Source: Octopus bimaculoides
Taxonomy: Eukaryota
DNA length: 64,000 nt
Direction of reading: 5' to 3'
Assembly (NCBI RefSeq): GCF_001194135.2
Contig: NC_068986.1
Span: 23,700,851-23,764,850, forward strand
The notes under the pieces were generated by a model. That model ran no database searches and was not told the origin of the DNA. It was given only the letters and a program-made list of their open reading frames with translations. The first letter of the stretch is position 1. Each line of letters starts with the position of its first letter. Positions 53,900-64,000 of this stretch are shown here, piece by piece. A program made the translations under genes and the position numbers.

Positions 53900-54257
53900 G
53901 TGATGCACACAAAGGGTTGTCGTTTCCTAAGTATAATGTGTAAAACATCACTAGAAACACTTACCTATTGCATCGTCTATTGTATGAGATCAAATGCACA
54001 TGTATTTGTAATCTCAGAATTATATTCTCTTAACAAAGACTTAAAGATGGAAATAAAATGCAACATCTTTCAGCAGCTTTGTTTTCCATAAATATTATTG
54101 TAAATGTCGCTTACTAATTGTTTATTTGTATCTTTCGATGATACACATTAAGACTACGATGTTCTAGCTTCCAGAAATATGTTCAAATCATTATGGATAA
54201 GGATAAGGAAACAGCCATGATATACGGAAATACTGTTCTCAAATTTTGGCTGAAGCC

Positions 54258-54653
54258 AGCCATTTCACTGGTTGCTTCAGTGGCTTATGTCGACCCCAGT
54301 GCCTAACTGGCATTATTTTATCGAACCCTAAGTGAGGAAAGGCAAAATAGACCTCGACGGAATTTCAACTCAGACAGGCGAAATACTGCTAAGCATTTCG
54401 TTCGGCGTACTGACATTTCTTATTTTTTACTGCCCACAAGGGGCTACACACAGAGGGGACAAACAAGCACAGACAAACGGATCAAGTCGATTATATCGAC
54501 CCCAGTGCGTAACTGGTACTTATTTAATCGACCCCGAAAGGATGAAAGCCAAAGTCGACCTCGGGGGAATTTGAACTCAGAACGTAGAGGTAGACGAAAT
54601 ACCGCTAAGCATTTCGCCCGGCGTGTTAACGTTTCTGCCAGCTCGCTGCCTTA
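54258..54653 (-). mobile_element. Two adjacent SINE group A copies (diverged 54258-54418, intact 54420-54653)
   Basis: GACCCCAGTG...GACCTCG...GAATTT block occurs twice. Confidence 0.85.
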
Positions 54654-55226
54654 TCATACGGAAATTTTGATGGTAACATTGTAGCATTGATAAATAAGTA
54701 TGTTCTTCTGAGCATAGGATTTTTATAAGATTTAAAGTCAATGCTTTCTCAATTATTTGTGATTTTCTGTACGGTTTTAAAATGTATCAGACCTCACTTG
54801 AGATGGCCAAATATCTCACTTGTAGACTACAGAAGAGCTTGTTAGAATACAATAGGAAGCGCTCGTCGGCTCCCTTTCCATCTTCACGATCAGACCTCAT
54901 GATTAATACGGAATGAGTATCGTAAAAATTGAATATTGATTTTCAGTATATTTTCTGAAAAATACAACCATGCGAATTAGGTCAGGGTTTGCAACACTTA
55001 TTATAAGGTATGTAAAACTATCAGAAATATGGAGTCATCTTCGAAACTAAGATTAAATGCTGATAAATAAAAAAACATAGATGAAAATTAGACGTGAAAG
55101 ATGGAGGTCAAATTGAACATATTATCTATGGTTTATTATGATTTGAAAATAAAAATTATATCATTTTGTTTTATTTTGTTTTGTGATCTTTGAATTCATT
55201 TCAATTTGTTTTATAAAATACATGAA

Positions 55227-55261
<35 letters not shown>

Positions 55262-55524
55262 NNNNNNNNNNTAGGTTTTAATTTTCTACATTCATTATTG
55301 ATCTATACATCTAAAAAAACATGTTTAATATATTTATTATTTTGTTTTTCATTTAATTATAATTCATATATTTATTTTATCTTCCTTTTCATGTCAATAT
55401 GTTTTATATTTTTTTTGCCAATATAAATGTTTATTTAGTTCATTTGAAATAATTAAAACGTTTGTTTAAATTCTGTTTTATTGTATATTTTTAATAATTA
55501 TTTTATATCATCCTATTCACAGTA

Positions 55525-55673
55525 GTAGTTGTTGTTGTTCTTCTTCTTCTTCTTTTCTTCTTCTTTTTTTTCTTCTTCTTTTTTTCTTCTTCTTCTTCTT
55601 CTTCTTCTTCTTCTTCTTCTTCTTCTTCTTCTTCTTCTTCTTCTTCTTCTTCTTCTTCTTCTTCTTCTTCTTC
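55525..55673. repeat. (TTC)n microsatellite
   Basis: Visible array; source of the poly-Lys ORF. Confidence 0.95.
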
Positions 55674-55684
55674 TCATTATTATT

Positions 55685-56075
55685 ATTGAGTGAAAAAGTA
55701 GTGCATGCCATCATAGTGAAACTGGAGTAAAATATACTAAGCCCAGTATACCCATCATGACTACACATCTGGTAAGGGTACACCAGGCACATGCAGCACA
55801 ACCATATGTGTGCGACATGGTGATCTCATATCAAGATAAGCAGTGCATAAACTTGCAGGTGGGGGCCCAGTTAGAATTTTCTTCACGTCGAGTAGCCTAC
55901 TCTGCTCAAATGGTCCTTGAATAACGGGTGTTTAAAGATGAGAAACGAAGAACCCATTTTTCCAGAGGTGAATTATTCAAACGCCAATGAATCCCTCTCA
56001 ACACATGGTTATGATGCTCCTCCACTACTTCTGCTCCCGATCATAGATGCACATATTCTGGGCCACAAAAGGACA
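55685..56075 (-). mobile_element. Partial copy of the repeat at 28095-28660
   Basis: Direct colinear similarity, inverted orientation. Confidence 0.85.
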
Positions 56076-57199
56076 GCACTATTATTGAATATACGTAAAC
56101 GATGATGTCTTAGCAGGTTTAACTCTTAGATCAGTTCTTGTTAAGCAGCGTTCATGCCATTTGTAAATGCCCTGGTTCTATTGGGTCACATTGAGGCGCG
56201 TTTCTATCTCCGCTATCCAAGGATCAATCAACATCGGCCGGGTGAAATAGCAATACTCCAGCCATTCACAAAATCATATTTATTCTTAGATTTGGCTCTT
56301 CCCACATTAAGTTATCCAGTGAAATATTTTCTGCTTCCTTCTGAAATTCTTGAATCCCCGATCTGACGTCAAACGGAAATTCAGTATCACGGAGGAAAGG
56401 TAAATAATACTTACATTCTAATGACTCATGTGATGTATAGATCAATAATGAAATTAGAAAATTAAGACCTAAAAGGCAAGAGAAATATATATATAAATTC
56501 ATGTACTTTATAAAACAAAATAAGACAGTCCTTCATATTTGAGGCTGTTCCTCCACACATATGTATACTTCGTATTGTGATCCTAATGTTACGTAACCTA
56601 TAAGGACATTAGTATGGTTTGTTGTTGGGTGCTGTGATTTCTTGAGATAATGCAAGAGGAATTCTTTACATTATATGTTGGATCTTCGAAAAACTGGAGA
56701 TACAGTCTCAATTCTTCACACTTTGGACAGCGTTCCATTATATTTATATAAAAAGTTTCACCTACATTAAACGATGATAAAAACTTTACGGGACAACTCT
56801 ATATCATGAAACCTATGCTCATACCTTCCCCAAGGAGCTAACAAGAAGCAGCTGCATAATTCTATAAGTAATAATAAATGACTTCCTAAATATAAAAAAA
56901 GTTTATCTATTGACCAATCTAATTTTATCACTTTCAATTGACTGTTTCTCGAGGTATTGCCAACAATAATACTCCAATACAAATGTTCATAGAGTTTAAA
57001 TCCCGCTCTGAAGTAATAACGATACAGAACGAGGTAAGCATCGCTAGTCTATAAATATTTGTTTACACTTGATTCCTATATTTTGCAATTATTGCAATAT
57101 GTGCATATAAAGGATATATGTAGGCATAATATATGAACGCATACATACAAATAAATATTTACATACACACACATACATACACACATGCCTATGTATGCT

Positions 57200-57389
57200 T
57201 ATGTATTTATTTATATATATACACACACATGCATATATAACTTTTCTATATATACATGTATATGCATCTATATGTATGTATGTACACATTCATCCATTAT
57301 ATATTCATATATCTTCATATCTATCTATCTATCTATCTATGTATCTATCTATGTATCTATCTATCTATCTATGTATCTATCTATCTATG

Positions 57390-57446
<57 letters not shown>

Positions 57447-57476
57447 GTCTCTCTCTCTCTCTCTGTATATATATAT
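57200..57476. repeat. Low-complexity TA/(TATC)n/(TC)n tract bordering a gap
   Basis: Visible arrays. Confidence 0.9.
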
Positions 57477-58070
57477 NNNNNNNNNNNNNNNNNNNNNNNN
57501 NNNNNNNNNNNNNNNNNNNNNNNNNNNNNNNNNNNNNNNNNNNNNNNNNNNNNNNNNNNNNNNNNNNNNNNNNNNNNNNNNNNNNNNNNNNNNNNNNNNN
57601 NNNNNNNNNNNNNNNNNNNNNNNNNNNNNNNNNNNNNNNNNNNNNNNNNNNNNNNNNNNNNNNNNNNNNNNNNNNNNNNNNNNNNNNNNNNNNNNNNNNN
57701 NNNNNNNNNNNNNNNNNNNNNNNNNNNNNNNNNNNNNNNNNNNNNNNNNNNNNNNNNNNNNNNNNNNNNNNNNNNNNNNNNNNNNNNNNNNNNNNNNNNN
57801 NNNNNNNNNNNNNNNNNNNNNNNNNNNNNNNNNNNNNNNNNNNNNNNNNNNNNNNNNNNNNNNNNNNNNNNNNNNNNNNNNNNNNNNNNNNNNNNNNNNN
57901 NNNNNNNNNNNNNNNNNNNNNNNNNNNNNNNNNNNNNNNNNNNNNNNNNNNNNNNNNNNNNNNNNNNNNNNNNNNNNNNNNNNNNNNNNNNNNNNNNNNN
58001 NNNNNNNNNNNNNNNNNNNNNNNNNNNNNNNNNNNNNNNNNNNNNNNNNNNNNNNNNNNNNNNNNNNNNN

Positions 58071-58108
<38 letters not shown>

Positions 58109-58756
58109 CATATATATATGTATATATATATGTGTAAGCATATGTTTGTGTGAATGATTGTGTGTGCGTGTGTTTGTCTATGTGAAAATGTGAGGGTGTG
58201 TGTTAGTGAACTAGGTTTACATCTAAACTAAAGTTCAGAGTATTTAGCCAAACAGACGATCAAAAACAAAAACACTCAAAATAGCAGAAAACAGATGTTT
58301 CCAAAAGTACTGGAATGGTTAATATTCGATTGAATAGTTGAGTAACCCGCGGGGTTGGGATATATATAGTAATGAAATATTGATTTTATCTTTACCATCA
58401 GAATATCTTGCATAATTATTGATTTCCTTCGAAATAAGATTCTAAAACTTATATGCTTTCTGGTGTTCTCTGTCGAGATACTTGAAGAGTTTTTGGTAGG
58501 TTTTATTCACCCTCTTAGAAAATATACATCATCCTCCATTTCTCTTACTATTGCTTCTGTTTCTGTAGCTCAGAGAGATAAAGAAGCATTTTCGCAAACA
58601 TAGACATACGATGAGATACCTTCAAGTATAAGTATACATTCAAATTATACATATCTATGAGTGCGCAGAGATATATGATTATCTCTTTCTTTATCTCTCT
58701 CTCTCTATCTCCCTCTGTCTCTGTCACTGTCTACACATAGACGCGTGCGCGCGCAA

Positions 58757-58835
<79 letters not shown>

Positions 58836-58861
58836 NNNNNNNNNNACAATTATAGAACACA

Positions 58862-59395
58862 TATTGAGTCGTCTCATAAATAATGCTGTTTTTTTTTAAT
58901 ACTTCTTTTATTGTTCAAAATTTAGATAGCAAAGTACTTTTTTAATCTAAAATATACTCTCCTTCATTTTCAACAACGCTCTTCTATCTATCTTCTACAC
59001 TTGCAAGGCCCCTCTTCCAAAATGCACTTGTCCACGACGAAAAATACTCCCCCAGTACTGTTCTGACCTCGTCTACAAAATTCATATATTTTCTGTCCAA
59101 ATGATTTTGAAGACTGCGGAATAAATGATAATCAGATGGGGCAATGTTCTGCGAATATGGTGGGTGGCGCATCCTTTCCCGTTCAAATTGCTCCACCTTT
59201 TGGAATGTCATCCTCACCGTATATGGCCGAGGGTTATCCTGATGGAAGAACACCTTTGGTCTTGAAACCAATAATAGTCGCTTTCCTTCTAGAGCTGACT
59301 TGAGCCGCTCAAGCTCCTCGCAGTCGATCTCCTTTGTTATCGTTTGGTTTGAGTTTAAAAGTTCAACGTGGACTAAACATTTTATATCCCACCGA
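58862..59395 (-). mobile_element. Mariner transposase C-terminal half with terminal TIR
   Basis: FFHQDNPRPY...HPPYSQNIAPSDYHLFRSLQNHL (cf. HPPYSPDLAPSDYHLF); TIR-like TATTGAGTCGTCTCATAAATAATGC at 58862. Confidence 0.92.
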
Positions 59396-59803
59396 ACGTA
59401 TATATGTTTTCATAATATTTTACCTCACAAATGTTTTGATTTAAATTTTTGTTGCATGGGAACAAAACTATTAAATTCTTCATGCTTTCTTCTATTCTTG
59501 AATCTAAGATAAATATATTTTGCTTTTACAATAAAATTATTTGGATCTAAACTTGATCGGTGGCATTACTTACCCTTCTATAACGTTGCTACAAATTTTG
59601 ATGTAAACTTTTTTCTACAGGATCAAATCTCAATTTTGTGCCTAAACCTTTCTAGGGACCAGTCCTCTTCAAAAATGTCAACACTTTTCAGTTTGGTTAA
59701 TAACTGAATTAGCGCCAAGCTCTGAAAGATGTTGCAAGTGAGCAAATTGTGGTCTTAAGGATATTATTCAATTACTACAGTAGTTGAATAATGTCTATAT
59801 TGG

Positions 59804-59834
<31 letters not shown>

Positions 59835-60631
59835 GTCTGTCTGTCTTTCTGTCTGTCTGTCTGTCTGTCTTCTGTCTGTCTGTCTCTGCGTATATACATA
59901 TATGTAGATTCACACATATGCACAGATGATTATATGTATGTATACATACATACGTATATACACATAGATAAGGCTATGTATATATTTAATCATCTACCTA
60001 GCTTCAAGAACATTGAATGAATATTTAGTAACTCATTATTTTTTATAGATGACCATTTCATAGATGACCATTTCATAGATGACCATCTGCGTAGTTTTAG
60101 GTGTAATCTACTAGAAGCAAGCATATTTATAAAAAAAACATACCAGCTGTGACCATCCTAATTCATTTTAACGTTCTATCACAATATATTCAGGACGAAA
60201 TTATCCTACGTTGATGTGCTGTTCTTGTTTACTCTCACATTATCTCTATTGAAGATACCTCATGATTAAAGTCATTTGAAACCTAAATACCTCAAAACTT
60301 ACAGGTAATTTCCGAAGCCACATTATTCCGGATACATGTTAAGTATGTTTAGGCTGATTGGAGGCAAGATATAAAGTAAAGAAAAATAAGATGTTGGTAA
60401 GAATTATACCAAGTCTACTAATATATAAAGCTTGTCAATTCAGTGACGTCATTGTAACTGTACTCACAGATGGTGAGACAAGTGTAGGAATTAGCAAGTT
60501 GCACTACCATGAGTACGCTTGTTCTGAAACTGCACTTTCATAGATATGTGGTGTAGTGATGTAATATAGGAAGTAGCTATGTAATTAAGAGCTTGGTATT
60601 GAAGAACTTAGTATTGAAGAGCTTGGTATTG

Positions 60632-60755
60632 AAGTGGTTAGAGCATCGAGCTTACGATCGTGAGGTTGTGTGTTCGAATCCCGGACCGGGCTGCGTGTTG
60701 TGTTCTTGAGCAAGACACTTTATTTCACGTTGCTCCAGTTCACTCAGCTGTAGAC
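60632..60755 (+). mobile_element. SINE 5' part (tRNA head plus central box), 3'-truncated
   Basis: GTGGTTAGAGC...GTTCGAATCCCGGACCGGGC...TTGAGCAAGACACTTTATTTCACG. Confidence 0.85.
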
Positions 60756-61574
60756 CACTAAAATTCCTCCTTTCCCGAAACACATACACACAGTCACACG
60801 TAGACATTCGTGTATACATACGTTCACATAAACACAGAGCTTAAAATAAGACAGAAATATGTCTTCAGTGAGTACATGAATTCAATTTAATATTGAGCGA
60901 AAATGTCATAAAAAAAATCTTTTCTCTCACATTCTGTGTATTGTCACTAGTGCAGCTTTTACAATAAATCAGCAAATAATGGGTTGTCGTTCTTTGTTCA
61001 GCCGTTATATAGCAACTACTTCATTAAGTATTACACTAAAAGCACTGAAAATTCCATTACGGAGTCCACGCATAAAGAATTAAATTCAATGACGTCCCTG
61101 ATAAGTACCAAAGACGTGTTTATTCGATTCACTGTAATTTGTCTATTCAACTTCATTTTATTTCAATTCAGCTAATTGAAAACTATACAAATCCTGAAAA
61201 AAAAAAACTGAACCAGATCTTATTATGCATGCACATGGGCTCTGAGAATTAGTTAAACTTACTTTTTAAATGTATAGAACCATACGTGAAGTGAAAGATT
61301 GCTGAGCCAGTGAGAAATTACGTTGAATGCTCTATCTCTTATTACTTATATTATGTTGCACACTGTACGTAATGACGTCATCGCGTAGATTTTTCAAACA
61401 TGCCAATCTATGAATGCTTCACTAATCTTATAAGGGTGATGATGATGTGTGTTTGTATGTGTGCATATAGGTGAATGTGTTGTGTGTGTATGTGTGTGCG
61501 AGTGTGTGTGTGTGTGTGTCTGTGTGTGTATGTGATTAATAGCTTCTGTGTAATCTGGTCGAACAAGTGTAATA

Positions 61575-62480
61575 ACAATTTTGGCAATTTCGTGAGTTTA
61601 GTTTTTTCCGATACAGATTTTAATCCCAAACTTGATAGAGACTTCATCAAGATAGCTGAATAATCCTACCAATTCTTTCCTCCGTTGCTAACAGATCCCA
61701 AATGGCTATCAAGGGAGCTATTCATGATACATCCACGAAAACACTGAAGAGATTGGATGAGCGGAGGGAATCCTTGGCAGACGCCTATGGAATACCATTT
61801 CTAAGAACCAATTATTGCAATACCAAAGTGTTTTTCAACTAGTTGACAGTTTAGCTCTTCGTATCACGTCATTCCGAATTGAAATATATCACTGTAAACA
61901 CATAACACTTCCATTAGTAGTAGTATAGTACAGCGGAAACACTGTAAAATTAGCTGAGTGCTTCGAATAAATTGTTTCTCCAAGAAATGTTGCTTGTGTT
62001 CTATATCTCCATTGGTATCTCTTGAGAGTACTTCGCTCGTTGCCCTGGAGTGAATCTTTTACATAATAAGACTCAGCATTTACACCATTTTGAATTCCTG
62101 TAAGTTGTCTTATAACGCGTCATGTCAAGCTCTATCAAACGTTTCTGAGATCTGCAGAGAAATGATATAATATTTATTTGCATTGAAGCTGTTCCTCGTA
62201 AATGACACATTGTTGAAAATCTGAAAAGTAGTGTTTCTACGTTGACAGAATCCTGCTCCTTCCTGGGCAATAAGTTTTTCAGTTTCAGGTCTCAGTTTGT
62301 TCAGCATGTCTCCCAGAAATAGTTACCTTGTTCATTTGATCTTGTTGAGAGTAGGAACATTTCATTTTGTTCTAGATTGACTTTATTGAGAAGCACTATG
62401 AACAGTGACCGAGCACAGAGTATCGGCTGCCATACCTCTTTGCTGATGGTAGCAAAATGTCCATAGTAGCCTTATTCCGT
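61575..62480 (-). mobile_element. Decayed RTE-clade LINE reverse transcriptase fragment
   Basis: MLNKLRPETEKLIAQEGAGF..RRNTTFQIFN...ETFDRA; GVCQG...IMNSSLDSHLGSVSNGGK; SEKTKL, colinear with RTE RT. Confidence 0.85.
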
Positions 62481-62594
62481 GATTCAGCAGTTAAGCAAAG
62501 ATGATATGAAATCTTTCAATTTTATTCGTATTAGCAAACGCATTGCCAAACTTGTATACGCAGGACTTACAAATACCCTTTCTTCCGGTATTGT

Positions 62595-62845
62595 TTTATC
62601 TTTTATCATTTATCTTTTATTTATTTCAGTCATTGGACTACGGCAATGCTTGGGTACTTATTCTATCGGTTTCTTTTACTAAACAAGATTCAGGGACGTA
62701 AACACACCAAAAACTGTTGTTAATGGAAGTAGGGGAAGTCACAAAGACATACACACGTGCATAAACACACAGATGCACACACAATCTCTCACACACACAT
62801 ATACACAGAGACACAAACACACACATACACACGCACACAAACACA

Positions 62846-62888
<43 letters not shown>

Positions 62889-63040
62889 GTATTTTGAGTT
62901 TTAGACTACCAAGTCAAATTATAAGGCTTTGGTCGTCCCGTGTGTATGGCAGAAGACACTTGGCGAAAGTGCAACGAATTGAGACTGAACCCAAGACCAT
63001 GTGCTTGGGAAGTAAACGTCTTACTGCAGAGCATTTATCA
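62595..63040 (-). mobile_element. SINE group C, diverged, with internal (CA)n
   Basis: Reverse-complement similarity to 22559-23004. Confidence 0.8.
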
Positions 63041-63309
63041 ATGCATGCATGTCATAGAATCTACCACTATAAAAGTATGGAAGGGCTGTGCTCCAGCATG
63101 TTCGTTGTNNNNNNNNNNNNNNNNNNNNNNNNNNNNNNNNNNNNNNNNNNNNNNNNNNNNNNNNNNNNNNNNNNNNNNNNNNNNNNNNNNNNNNNNNNNN
63201 NNNNNNNNNNNNNNNNNNNNNNNNNNNNNNNNNNNNNNNNNNNNNNNNNNNNNNNNNNNNNNNNNNNNNNNNNNNNNNNNNNNNNNNNNNNNNNNNNNNN
63301 NNNNNNNNN

Positions 63310-63356
<47 letters not shown>

Positions 63357-64000
63357 GCAGACACTAATAATTTCATGTTTTAAGATATATTTAATTCACA
63401 GATATATGTATATAACATGTCGTGTTTCTCGGAGAAATCTTTCCGGTTCAGTTCCTACATTAGCTGCATTTCAATATCCAGAAAAGCAGGACTATGTCAA
63501 AGCGTGAGGATAAAAGAAAAAAAAACAGAAGGAAAAAATCACCAAGGTTTATGCAAAATTGCAACGAGAAGAAAGAAAACAAAAGTAAGAAAGCCAAAAT
63601 TTCCGCTCTCTTTGACAATAGAAAACTTAATCAAATTAGCCGGCGCAGAATATAATAGAAATAAGGCTAATGTAGGTGAGATGGCAACTTAAGCTTTTCT
63701 TTTTCCTTGTTCCACATTTTGCATCAAATTTCGTCGTGTAATTCTTCTTTTCCTAGTCCCAGGTATTGGTTTTTAAATACATCTAACGAATGAAATGCGT
63801 ACCTTCGATTACATGGTGATTCATTACATGTTATATAAATGCGAGAATTTAGTGCATCTTAAAGCATGAACCTATGAACAACAATTTTGTAATTGAGCGT
63901 ATTGCATGATATTTATCTCTCACTGACTGGATGGAGTACTTTGGTTTTCTTACCCGCCTATATTGGAAGTGTAAACAATGCGCGTATATGAATATATATA

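Noticed and set aside
58569-58625. 57-nt phase-0 candidate exon LREIKKHFRKHRHTMRYLQ
   Set aside because: Good acceptor but weak donor (GTATAA) and no homology.
61690-61850. Convincing-looking plus-strand exon (SQMAIKGAIHDTSTKTLKRLDERRESLADAYG)
   Set aside because: It is the antisense of the RTE reverse transcriptase relic. This also shows how unreliable my other exon candidates may be.
6010-63507. Long ORFs containing X-runs (near 6.0, 7.3, 9.5, 24.6, 25.7, 36.4, 57.2 and 62.9 kb)
   Set aside because: They span assembly gaps and (TA)n/(CA)n arrays; not evidence of coding.
1-64000. CRISPR arrays, operons or prokaryotic defence systems
   Set aside because: No regularly spaced repeat-spacer arrays, no gene-dense coding; all signals indicate eukaryotic repeat-rich DNA.

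Overview
AT-rich, microsatellite-dense eukaryotic genomic DNA from a draft short-read assembly with 12 N-gaps, nearly all bordered by (TA)n/(CA)n or similar simple repeats. The repeat content (three tRNA-headed SINE groups, R4/Dong-, RTE-, CR1/L2- and L1/Tx1-type LINE relics, Tc1/mariner relics) fits an invertebrate genome and looks to me like an octopod cephalopod; that is an inference from recalled repeat families, not a search result. I recognise no host protein-coding gene, rRNA, canonical tRNA or CRISPR array, so the window reads as intronic or intergenic. The long ORFs in the supplied track are artefacts of N-runs and microsatellites; the real coding remnants belong to decayed transposons. 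Most notable: a TIR element with GGG termini and a 6-bp TSD (24620-25269), a ~350-bp AT-rich foldback palindrome (36041-36392), a tRNA-fold sequence with a broken anticodon arm (37382-37453), a full-length Tc1 nested in a SINE and carrying an 84-bp copy of nearby DNA, several short-range templated duplications, a Helitron-helicase-like relic, an internally deleted L1/Tx1 element, a Crypton-like non-autonomous element, and two speculative in-frame exon chains. I cannot support a claim of a new biological system from sequence alone.
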